This document shows, in pieces, positions 52,908 through 64,000 of a stretch of DNA of 64,000 nucleotides. How positions within the stretch are numbered: position 1 is the stretch's first letter; every line of letters starts with the position of its first letter. The position numbers were made by a program, and so were the translations under genes. Source of the stretch: Octopus sinensis (lineage: Eukaryota). The stretch spans positions 54,436,001 through 54,500,000 of the forward strand of contig NC_043014.1 of assembly GCF_006345805.1 (NCBI RefSeq), read 5' to 3'. A model generated the notes under the pieces. It saw only the letters and a program-made list of their open reading frames with translations, made no database searches and was not told where the DNA came from.

Positions 52908-53244
52908 GCGAGGATGGCTCAGTGGTTAGAGCGTCGAGCTTACGATCGTGAGGTTGTGAGCTCGAATCCCGGACCGGGCTGCGTGTTGTGTTCTTGAGCA
53001 AGACACTTTATTTCACATTGCTCCAGTTCACTCAGCTGTAGTAATGAGTTGCGACGTCACAGGTACCAGGCTGTATCGACCTTTGTCTTTCCCTTGGATA
53101 ACACTGGTGGCGTGGAAGAGGGGAGGCTGGTATGCATGGGCGACTGCTGGTCTTCCATAAAAACAACCTGCCCAGACTTGTGCCTCAGAGGGAAACTCTC
53201 TAGGTGCAAACCCAGGTCACTCATGACCGAAGGGGGTCTTTACC

Positions 53245-53247
<3 letters not shown>
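52908..53247 (+). mobile_element. tRNA-derived SINE (family E)
   Basis: tggctcagtggttagagc A-box and ctcgaatcc B-box-like head; inverse degenerate copy at about 6430-6760. Confidence 0.7.
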
Positions 53248-53285
<38 letters not shown>

Positions 53286-54079
53286 TAGTTAATCCAAACA
53301 TGAAAACACAACAATGCGAGGACGTGGAACAAATATAGTATTATTGGATGCTAAGGGAAGAAGGAGGGTTTAACGTTTCGAGCGGTGTTCTTCCTCGGAA
53401 ACATAGGAGAAGGAAAGATCCAGAGAAGGGAAGACAGAGGAAAAAAAATCGCCAACGGTACACACAAAGTCACATTTTGAAAGTGTATATATATATATAT
53501 ATAATGTATGTATGTATATAATTATATATATACATACACACACACACACACATGTATATATATAAGTGAAACTAAATGAAATTGCTGTCTACTCCACATC
53601 CAGGCTTGGTCTTCTGGTGTTGGTGCCACTTAAAGAACACCCGTGTGATGCTGCATTAACAGAGCCATGCCAGTGCAATGTAAACCCACCCATTCTGGTG
53701 TACACTCTGTTAAATGGTTGGCATTAGGAAGGGCATCCAGCCATAGAAACCATGCCACATCAGACAATTGAAATCTGGACAGGGCTCTGCTAGCCAGCCC
53801 CCTGTGAAATCGTCCAACCCATACCAGCATAGAAAGAGGACACTAAACAATGATGATGATAATGTAGCATGCATATATATATATTATATATATATATATA
53901 TATTATATATATATACATCATCATCATCATCGTTTAACATCTGCTTTCCATGCTAGCATGGGTTGGACAGGAGAGCCAGCTGCTACCCACCAGGCTCCTA
54001 TCTGATCTGGCAAGGGTTCTACAGATGGATGCCCTTCCTAATGCCAGCCACTCCGAGAGTGTAGTGGGTGCTTTTTACA

Positions 54080-54835
54080 TGCCACTTGCATAGTAGCCAG
54101 TCAGGGGACACTGGCCACAGTTACGATTTTGGCTTTACTTGACTCAACAGGTCTTCTCAAGCATATCATATTGCCCGACACATCAAGGGTACTCTTAAAA
54201 GGGCCAGACATGCAACACTGACATCAGCCATGGCTGTGATTTCAATTTAGTTGCCGGGTCTTCTCAGTCACTGCATATCTCCAAAGGTCTCAGTCTCCTG
54301 TCATTGCCTCTGTGAAGCCCAGCGTTCAAAGATCATGCTTCACTACCACGTCCCATGTCTTCCTGAGCCTAATTCTTCCACAGGTTCCTTCCATAGTTAG
54401 GGTGTAGCACTTCCTCACACAGCTGTCCTCATCCATACATAACACATGACCATACCAGTACAGTCGTCTCTCTTGCACACCACAGCTGATGCTTCTTATG
54501 TCCAACATTTCTCTCAGGACACTCACACTCTGTCATGTATACACACTGACATTATACATCCAGCGGATCATACTAGCTTCATTTCTTTCAAGCCTACACA
54601 TGTCCTCAGCAGTCACGGCCCATGTTTCACTGCTGTGTAGCATGGCAGTTTGCACACATGCATCATACATTCTACCTTTCATCCTGAGCGAGAGGCCCTT
54701 TCTTACCAGAATAGGTAGGAGCTCAGGCTATTCTTATTCTAGCCGCTACACTCCCAAAGCAACCACCCCCATTACAGACTTGGTCGCCTAGGTAGCAGAA
54801 GCTATCAACTACCCCTAGATTTTCCCCCTGGCATG
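54080..54835 (-). mobile_element. RTE LINE 3' fragment
   Basis: RRLYWYGHVLCMDEDSCVRKCYTLTMEGTCGRIRLRKTW; homologous to 15400-15657. Confidence 0.8.
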
Positions 54836-55127
54836 CAATGCATATATATATAGAGACAGACAGACAGACAAATAATATTATTTATTAAATCATAAAGAGG
54901 AATGTGTATTTTATTAAACAAATTCTTTTCAAGATAATTAACTGCAAATAATTAAATATAAAACTAATTGCTATTCATTAGCTGTGGATTCTTCACAGGC
55001 CCCTGATTGTGCAGCAAATAAAGATTAGAGTGTACATAAAATGTCTCTATAATATATACATATAATGTTCTATAAGGCATACATACACATGCACACACAA
55101 TTATATATGTCTATATAAAGCATATGT

Positions 55128-55170
<43 letters not shown>

Positions 55171-55797
55171 ACACAAAGTCTTCTGTTATTGCATTATTAG
55201 CAATAACACCATTTTCTACCAGATGGCATTTAAATGTTGAACAATAAAGAACTGGTGGGTGACAGGAATTTGCTTCTGCAAGCTTCCAGCATCACCAAAG
55301 CAAATAATAACATACCAACATAACTTAGATTAAATTTGGAAAGAGAGAAAGAACTTGCATGGTGTTGTTCTTGTTGTCTGTTTCCTTTTGGGTCAATTCT
55401 GATTGAGGAGCCCAGAGTGAATCAAACCTGTTCCAATCATGACCATCTCAAATTGGTCATCTTCACTTATTATAGCCGTTTCAATTAATACTTAATAATT
55501 TAATTTCAAATTTGTGTATTAAAAGAGAGACAGAGAAATATCACCATCATCATCATCATCATTTAATGTCTGTTTTCCATGCTGGCATGGGTTGGACAGT
55601 TTGATTGGAACTGGCTCCAGTCTGATCTGGCATGGTTTCTTCAGCTGGATGCCCTTCCTAACGCCAACCACTCTGAGAGTGTGGTGGGTGCTTTTATGTG
55701 CCACCGGCACAGGAGCCAGAGGAGGCTGGCAACGACAACGATTGTTTGGTGCTTTTTGGCAGCGCTGGTGTTGGTCACGTTTGGATGGTGCTTTTTA

Positions 55798-56713
55798 CGT
55801 GGGTGAGTCAAAAAGTAATGCCATTTTCTTTTATTTCATGTGAAGTTTTTGATAAAAATAACTGAAGATTTTCCCAGCTATAAATGATTCTATCATTTAC
55901 ATTCTGAAATATTTTGTTTCTTACTTTTCAGGTTTTTAGACTGGAAAGGAAAATCCAAAGTGGCTGCCTCCTTAGAGTTACGTCAAAAACAAAGAACAGT
56001 GATTGAATTTCTTGTTACTGATGGGAAAAAACCTCTGTGAACATTCACCAATGATTACAAAATGTCTTTGAGGACAATACTTTAGATTATAGCAATATTA
56101 TGCAGGTGGGTCTGTCGTTTGAAAGATGAAAAAGTGGGAACTGTGAGTGTAGACGATTAACCCTGTTCTGGCCATCCGTCTGTCCGTCCGTCCGCTTCTG
56201 TGAATCCTTCCAATAAAGCAAAAACAGATGCTCTGATCAGAGAAGACAGGCGCTTAACTCTCGATGAGTTGGCAGAAAACCTTGGAGTGAGCCATGGAAG
56301 TGCCTACAATATTGTCGAATCACTTGGCTTTTCAAAAGAGTGTGACCGTTGGGTACTGAAAGAGCTGACTGACACGGTCAATGCCTGCAATCACCACATT
56401 TAGCGCCTTCAGACTATCATCTCTTCGGCCCCATGAAAGAAGATATGAGAGGCAAACATTATTCCAGTGACGAGGAAGTGAAAACTGTAGTGAAGAAGTG
56501 GCTCAAAGAACAGTCAACAGAATTTTACGGGGCAGGGATACATACTCTCATTCGAAGGTGAGACGTTGCTATTGAGAGAAACGGTGACTATGTTGAGGAG
56601 TAGGGATGTGATCCACAGAGGGGCCAGCTCCATTTTGATGTATGATACATGTTCCTGTGTTGGTGATTATAACTGTCCTAAACAAAATGGCATTACTTTT
56701 TGACTCACCCTCG
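55798..56713 (+). mobile_element. Internally deleted Tc1/mariner (mariner-like) element
   Basis: TA-flanked TIRs cgtgggtgagtcaaaaagtaatgccatttt / aaaatggcattactttttgactcaccctcg; transposase remnants LIREDRRLTLDELAENLGVSHGS, RWVLKEL, LAPSDYHLFGPMKE. Confidence 0.9.
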
Positions 56714-56872
56714 TATATATACAAACTATGCCATCTTAATTCCGAGCAATGCTGGGTATCTCTGCTAGGAGGCAATACGAACGGAAAACTGGAGGAACAT
56801 GACCTATTATCCAATGGAATATTCAGTATATGTGTGTACTTTCTTCGACATCAATAAATCAGTATAAAGTTC

Positions 56873-57504
56873 GGATCTTTTCCTTTTGAACGGCAGATGT
56901 CAACACAATTTCTAGTTAACTAAACACTTTTAAACTTCGTATACTGGTAGAATGTGTTTATAAAACATCATTTTCTCTTGGTTTTATCAAGAAAATTCTA
57001 TAGTTTGTAAGATATGTCATCTGAAAATCCGAGCATTTCGGCAATTTTAACCAATCGATTACCTCCATTCAACTAAAATCATTTGCTGCGTCTAAAACTG
57101 AGACAACACCCTGTAACTAATCCTAAACCTCCCCCCTAACCCTAACCCTAACTTTTTTTCTTAATCATTAAATCAATTTAATTCCATTGCTTTAGTTTTT
57201 TTTTACACACGTAACAATTAAATTAATTTAACAATTAAGAAAAAAAATTTAGGGTTAGGGGGAGGTTTAGGGTTAGTTACAGGATGTTGTCTCAGTTTTA
57301 GACGCAGCAAATGATTTTAGCTCAAAAGAGAGCATAGGATTGGTTAAAATTCGAAAAATTAAACTACGTTAAACAAACAAATTACAATTTTCTCAAGAAA
57401 GCCAAGAGAAAAAAATGTTTTATTTTGACACATTCTACCAGTATACGAAGTTTTAAAGTGTTTAGTTAACTAGAAATTGTCTGCCGTTCAAAAGGAAAAG
57501 ATCC
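56873..57504. mobile_element. Palindromic MITE with ~290-bp TIRs, possibly Merlin-like, containing telomeric hexamers
   Basis: GGATCTTTTCCTTTTGAACGGCAG...CTGCCGTTCAAAAGGAAAAGATCC; flanks TAAAGTTC/TAAACTTC (8-bp TSD, 1 mismatch). Confidence 0.75.
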
Positions 57505-57689
57505 TAAACTTCGAAATGATATTAGTATTAAAAACATTGAAGCGTATAAACATATCAATATTTAATATTTAAAAATCCATAGGCATTTAAAAAATGTATA
57601 AACACATAAATAGATATAAAAAAACCCGTCGATATAAGATACGGTGAATTATAAATTCACACGATATGATGTAAAGGAATAATGATTTA

Positions 57690-57709
57690 CAACACACACA
57701 CACACACAC

Positions 57710-57740
<31 letters not shown>

Positions 57741-58266
57741 TGTATGTTTGTATGTATGTATGTATGTATGTATGTATGTATGTATGTTTGTATGTATGTA
57801 TGTATGTATGTATGTATGTATGTATGTATGTATGTATGCATGTATGTATGTATGTATGTATGTTTGTATGTATGTATGTATGTATGTATGTATGTATGTA
57901 TGTATGTATGTATGTATGTATGTATGTATGTAGGTATGTGTGTATGTATGTATGTGTGTATGTATGTATGTATGTATGTATGTATGTATGTATGTTTGTA
58001 TGTATGCATGTATGTATGTATGTAGGTATGTGTGTGTGTATGTATGTGTGTATGTATGTATGTTTGTATGTATGTATGTATGTTTGTATGTATGCATGCA
58101 CGCATGTATGTATGTATGTATGTATGTATGTATGTATGTATGAATGTATGTATGTATGTATGTATGTATGTATGTATGTATGAATGCATGCATGCATGCA
58201 TCTATGTATGTATGTATGTATGTATATATACACACACAACACACTCAAACACACGCTTGCACACAC

Positions 58267-58299
<33 letters not shown>

Positions 58300-58604
58300 T
58301 GCATGTATGTATGTATGTATGTATGTATGTATGTATGTATGTATGTATGTTGTATGTATGTATGTATGTATGTATGTATGTATGTGTGTATGTATGTATG
58401 TATGTATGTATGTTTGTATGTATGTATGTTTGTATGCATGTATGTATGTATGTATGTATGTATGTATGTATGTGTGTATGTATGTTTGTATGTATGTATG
58501 TATGTATGTATGTATGTATGAATGCATGCATGCATGCATCTATGTATGTATGTATGTATGTATATATACACACACAACACACTCAAACACACGCTCGCAC
58601 ACAC

Positions 58605-58635
<31 letters not shown>

Positions 58636-58879
58636 CATGTATGTATGTATGTATGTATGTTTGTATGTATGTATGTATGTATGTATTGTGTATATATTTG
58701 TGTATGTATGTATGTATGTATGTATGTATGTATGTTTGTATGTATGAATGTATGTATGTACGTATGTATGAATGCATGCATGCATGCATCTATGTATGTA
58801 TGTATGTATGTATATATACACACACAACACACTCAAACACACGCTCGCACACACATATATGTATGTATGTATGTATGTA

Positions 58880-58942
<63 letters not shown>

Positions 58943-58980
58943 TCACACAACACACTCAAACACGCTCGCACGCACGTATT
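57690..58980. repeat. (TATG)n satellite with three higher-order units
   Basis: Direct reading; marker gaatgcatgcatgcatgcatct...ctcaaacacacgc at about 58182, 58520 and 58770. Confidence 0.95.
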
Positions 58981-59109
58981 CACCACTAACAAAATATTTC
59001 GAACTGATCAAATTCACACGCATTAAGGGAAAATAGACAGCTGTGACAAGACAGAACAGCATCGAAAGAAGCTAAAAAAACTCTTTTAAAAAAAAAAAGA
59101 AATCTAGTC

Positions 59110-59374
59110 ACACTCGATCGCGAAACGAACCCTCGTACTGCCTCGCCGCAACTTGTTTAACGACCGACTTGCTTTCCAAGCGCGCAGCAGCAGGAGCAGC
59201 CGCAATAAGCAGCAGCAGCAGGAGGAGGAGGGGCAGCGGTAGCAGTGGTAGTCGTCGTGGTGGGACCCGTACCTCTCTCTCATTGATGTCGGTCAGACGT
59301 GGTGGCCTTTAAATACTTCTTCCATATGATGTCCACACGCCAGCAGCTGGTTGCATTTCTGCACCATGTCCACC
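59110..59374 (+). other. Putative first exon of a neighbouring plus-strand gene
   Basis: CpG/GC-rich island with (CAG)n/(GAG)n leader and donor C|GTAAGT at 59374/59375; possible short N-terminus MMSTRQQLVAFLHHVH; start approximate. Confidence 0.45.
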
Positions 59375-60065
59375 GTAAGTATCAAAAGACCCAAAACTAT
59401 TGCTTCTAGATCGCAATGTTGCCATTAACTTTAAATATCCGTTATTTCTGTGTTTATTCCTCGTAGCAGCCAGATTCCAGAGTCGTGTCTCTGTCCCGAT
59501 CGAGAAATAGCAAAACCTGGAATTAAAGGCGTTCCAACCATAACCATTCCGTCTTTTTTTCAAATGTCTACTACGATCGTTGTTCGGTGTATCTTTCTCT
59601 TCTATTTTTTAAAAAATTATTTCTTTTCAACGAAGACAGGGTGTGATTAGAAGGAAGGCTTTGATCTGCTATTTCTAACAGCTGGGTGACCACGTAGAGG
59701 CTGACCCCTTTGCTGGTTCCTGTAAAGTTGGACCTGGTGAACCTAAGCAGTTCCCTGGGACAACACTTTGGAAAGGAATAAATCCGAAAAATAAGGAGTT
59801 GGGAAAAATCAAAGAATGTATATTTCATAAGGTTCACAATATTAGGGGAACTATTTTTTTACGAATATATAGGTTCAGATGAATCTGGTACTTAATTTAA
59901 AGGCACCAGAATTTGGTATGGTATTATCCATGTTCATTTGAAGGCTAAAACAATGCGAAGCGCATTGTGACCAGCGATGTGTAGAAACATCTGATAGCCT
60001 GGTCGGTCACGGTGATTATCCATATAAATCAAATGGGGTGAGGATCTTTTCACTTTCGTAGCCTG

Positions 60066-60470
<405 letters not shown>

Positions 60471-61202
60471 TATATAAAACAAGTGTTGTTTTGTTAAGTG
60501 TTGACAGATGTTTCACGATAAACATGGAACATACTTCGATTTTTTAAAATATTTTATAAACAGATGCTGTGCAAAATTTTATACCAAATCGACTAAACTG
60601 TATACAATGAATTTATTAGTGTGACTTCGATTATTATTAACCTGAAAAACTGGATTAAAATTTCGCCAACGTCAGCTTTGGCTGTCATTCTTTCGGGGTC
60701 GATAAAATAAAGTACCAACCAAGTGTTGGAATCTATTGATTTAATCCACTCCGTACCCCGAAACTGGTGGCCTTGTGTCTAAATTAGAAAGAACAATAAT
60801 CTTTCCTACTCTATGCTCAAGGCTCGAAAATTTTGGGGAGGAGGCCAGTCGATCAGATCGACCCCAGTGCGTAACTGGTACTTATTTAATCGAGCCCGAA
60901 AGGATGAAAGGCAAAGTCGACCTCGGCGGTATTTGAACTCAGAACGTGAAGACAGACGAAATACCTATTTCTTTACTGTCCACAAGGGGCTAAACACAGA
61001 GGGGACAAAGAAGGACAGACACATGGATTAAGTCGATTATATCGACCCCAGTACGCAACTGGTACTTAATTTATCGACCCCGAAAGGATGAAAGGCAAAG
61101 TCGACCTCGGCGGAATTTGAACTCAGAACGTAAAGACAGACGAAATACCACAAAGCATTTAGCCCGGCGTGCTTAACGATTCGCCTTAGAAATCATAATA
61201 AT

Positions 61203-61528
61203 GGCATACCTACACAAGCATGCTCCCCACCGACTTTGTTTCTTTAAGATTGCCAGGAAATGGATATATTTTAATGCAATTTCCTACAAACATGCTTTAA
61301 ACGATGTAGATTCCGATTATATTGGAGTTTGTTCTGAAAAAGTTTTTTTCGAGGGTGGGGTCAAGAGTTTCGGAAAATTCACATGAGTTGGATTTTTCTC
61401 TTAACTTTCCGAAAATACACCATTTAAAAGGTATTTATGAAATTTTAATAGAAAAAATATCCGCTTTTTCTGGACGTTATGAGGCAACAAAGTCGGTGGT
61501 GGCACACTTGTATACCAAATGATACCAG
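61203..61528. mobile_element. Degraded MITE-like inverted repeat
   Basis: acaagcatgctccccaccgactttgtt versus aacaaagtcggtggtggcacacttgt. Confidence 0.5.
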
Positions 61529-64000
61529 GTTTACCATCCTTTTAGGAAGTACAAAAAATCCTGTTAACTGGAACGACTCATGTACTGAGAAGAGCATTAT
61601 CGCTGTGAAAACAACATCCATCCATGAATTTATTTATCAATTTTTTAAATACATATTTTACCTACGAATTTGCGGGTGTAATCTGGGAATGCATGCAATG
61701 AGCTTCTCTGCCCTAGGTGTGGGGGAAAACACTCGGCGGGAAATGGAAGAAAATTTAAGAAAAGAAGGAAATAATAATAATTACAGCCAGCCACAAGGCC
61801 TAAAATATGTGTGGAAGTTCTAAGTCGATCACATCAAGCCCAACACTTGACTGGTACATAATCTATCGATCCCGAAAGGATGAAAGGCAAAGTCGACCTC
61901 GGCGCAATAATAATAATTATTCTCATTAACTCGCAAAACCTTTGAGGGCGAAGTCAACTTTGTTTTTGATGATCGATAAAAATAAAAGTACCAGTCAAGT
62001 AATGGAATCACAACAATGGACAGTTCCTGGCCCCCTGGAACAAATATTTTAATTCTTATTATTAAGGTGGTGGATTTGGCAGAATTGTTAACGCGACGGA
62101 CAAAAAAATCCTTCTAGTATTTTGTCATGACTCTCACGTTCTGAGTTCAAATTACTCCGAGGTCAATTTTAACTTTCATCTCCTGCCCCTGGGGTCAATG
62201 TACTTAACTAAACCCTTCCCCAAAAATCACTGAATAACTAGAAAGCTTATTAAGGCGATGGAATGGTATCCGAGTGTCGGTATTTGCGCTACCCCCCACG
62301 TCCTGAGTTCAAATTCCCCCTGACGAGGTCGATAAAGTAGAATACCCATCAAGTGCTGGAATCGATGTGATCGATTAATCATTTCTAAGTTTCTGACTTT
62401 GTGCATGTTTTAGAAGCAATTATCAACTTCCAACGTTACGTTACGGGTTCAAATCCCACCAAGGGTGTGTGCAAAGAATACTGAAGATCATTTAATTGAC
62501 GGCATACACCCTAGAAATTGTGTTGGAAATAATGATTATATTGGTATATATTGTAATAACATCCAGTTTTGTATTTGTCCACAGTGTTTTGGATCCTTGT
62601 AACTAATAAGCTAAAATATTACCATCATCAGTACTTGATCATGCTTTTGTATTCGTTTAGGCATTTAATGCTGATCGATCCTAGAATATTTCTGGTTAGG
62701 ATTAGAATTATTCTATCGACCCCCGTCTAATGCGTTTAATAGGGAACGAAGTACTTTGGAATGCTGTGATGGGTTTATTATGGATATCTGTGAATGTTTG
62801 TTGATTAGATGATGGTTCTATTACCAAAATCGTCCCAGACATACCATTCTGTTTTTGTATTTTTGTTTGTTTGTTGTTGTTGATGTTTAGTAAATGATGG
62901 ACCACATCATCGAACGTGTCCTTCTTTTCCTACGACACGTTAGATATGGTTGCTATTTCCAGCAGACCGAGCAACCGCACATGAACTTCCAAAAGGTACT
63001 GGAGTTTTGTTGTTTGTTGTTTAGCTCCATGTCGGCTCTGATCAAGAAGATGTCTACGATGAAAAGCATTCCAGCCATGACAGTCTCTTCTAAGGCAGTA
63101 GGGAGATATTTCACTGCTATTTCTAGCGACCATATAGTAGTAGCTCCCGGATAACAGATGTTGTTCTTTAGCCCTGGATAGCAGCTGATCGGACAGAGTT
63201 ATGATCGAAGACATTCCAACCGTGACCAACACATGATTTAGTGATACCTGGAACTACATTTTTTTAATGTGCCTGATCCTTTACACACACACACACACAC
63301 ACGATACTGTAGGGTGTATTTCGAGAGAAATTTGCGGTTGTTGGTTTTTGGATCCCCTAAAAATATAATTGTATCTCCTTATTTGCTGTTAATTTTTTTC
63401 TCTATCTCCCTTCTTTTCCTATCTTTACACACTCGGACAGTTTAATAAAAGCCATGGCCTCTTTAATCGCTTTTCATTACAATTATAATAAAGAGACCAG
63501 TGTATACAACATGCGACGGTAAAATGCTTTGTAAAGTGCTTTCTATGTTATAAGCTATTCAATATGTGATAGACTTTACAATTGAATTCATAGTAAACGT
63601 GTTGACAACGTGTGCTAATTAACTAAAGTGAACCAAGTATCTGACATACTGATAGAGAGAGAGAGAGATTAATAATAGTATAAATAAAGAAAGCAATTAC
63701 TCTTTTACTTTCAAAAGGGGGAGTCCGGGAACCGAAGCAAAAAAAAATTTACCGATTTGGCTGCTATTTCCAGCGCACCCAAAGACCAGTTATGGACACA
63801 CCCCTCACCCTCAGATACGAGTGGGTTTTGGTGTTGTTTGTTTGACAGTTGTCAAATAGTTAAAATATAAAAAAAAGGCGAAGATAAATTGTCAGATAAA
63901 AAAAAAAAAAGCGACAAAGGTGGTTTTTTGGAGGATGACCTTTATTTGAACTTTGATTGCTTTTAGAGCAGCACCGCCTTTGATAGCTCAGACCTCTTTG

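Noticed and set aside
52908-52980. tRNA-like sequence (also 28901-28975)
   Set aside because: A/B boxes continue into SINE bodies; no clean cloverleaf or acceptor stem
57587-59036. Many long overlapping ORFs (up to 334 aa; MYVC/HTYI repeats), likewise at 7776-8394, 48825-49654 and 59934-60525
   Set aside because: Translations of (TATG)n/(TA)n/(TG)n microsatellites that lack stop codons; no coding signal

Overview
Eukaryotic, AT-rich, microsatellite- and SINE-dense DNA. The repeat style suggests a coleoid cephalopod (Octopus-like); that is inference. One complete protein-coding gene was reconstructed by hand: a minus-strand ZFAT-like zinc-finger/AT-hook transcription factor. It has 13 coding exons (36685 to 17362), all GT-AG and phase-consistent, 3924 nt or about 1307 aa, plus a probable non-coding first exon near 48.55-48.64 kb. 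Candidate first exons of neighbouring genes lie at about 4.8-4.96 kb (-) and 59.1-59.37 kb (+). The rest is transposon-derived: RTE and CR1-like LINE fragments, several tRNA-derived SINE families, a deleted mariner, Helitron-, hAT-, piggyBac- and Merlin-like non-autonomous elements, and Penelope-like fragments. The most interesting signal is a set of type I hammerhead ribozyme motifs from several unrelated families, often inside long foldback repeats. The best, at 21958-22022 (-), lies sense within a ZFAT intron in a ~145-bp-arm inverted repeat that would sequester half the ribozyme. Most ORFs in the supplied track are microsatellite or SINE artefacts.
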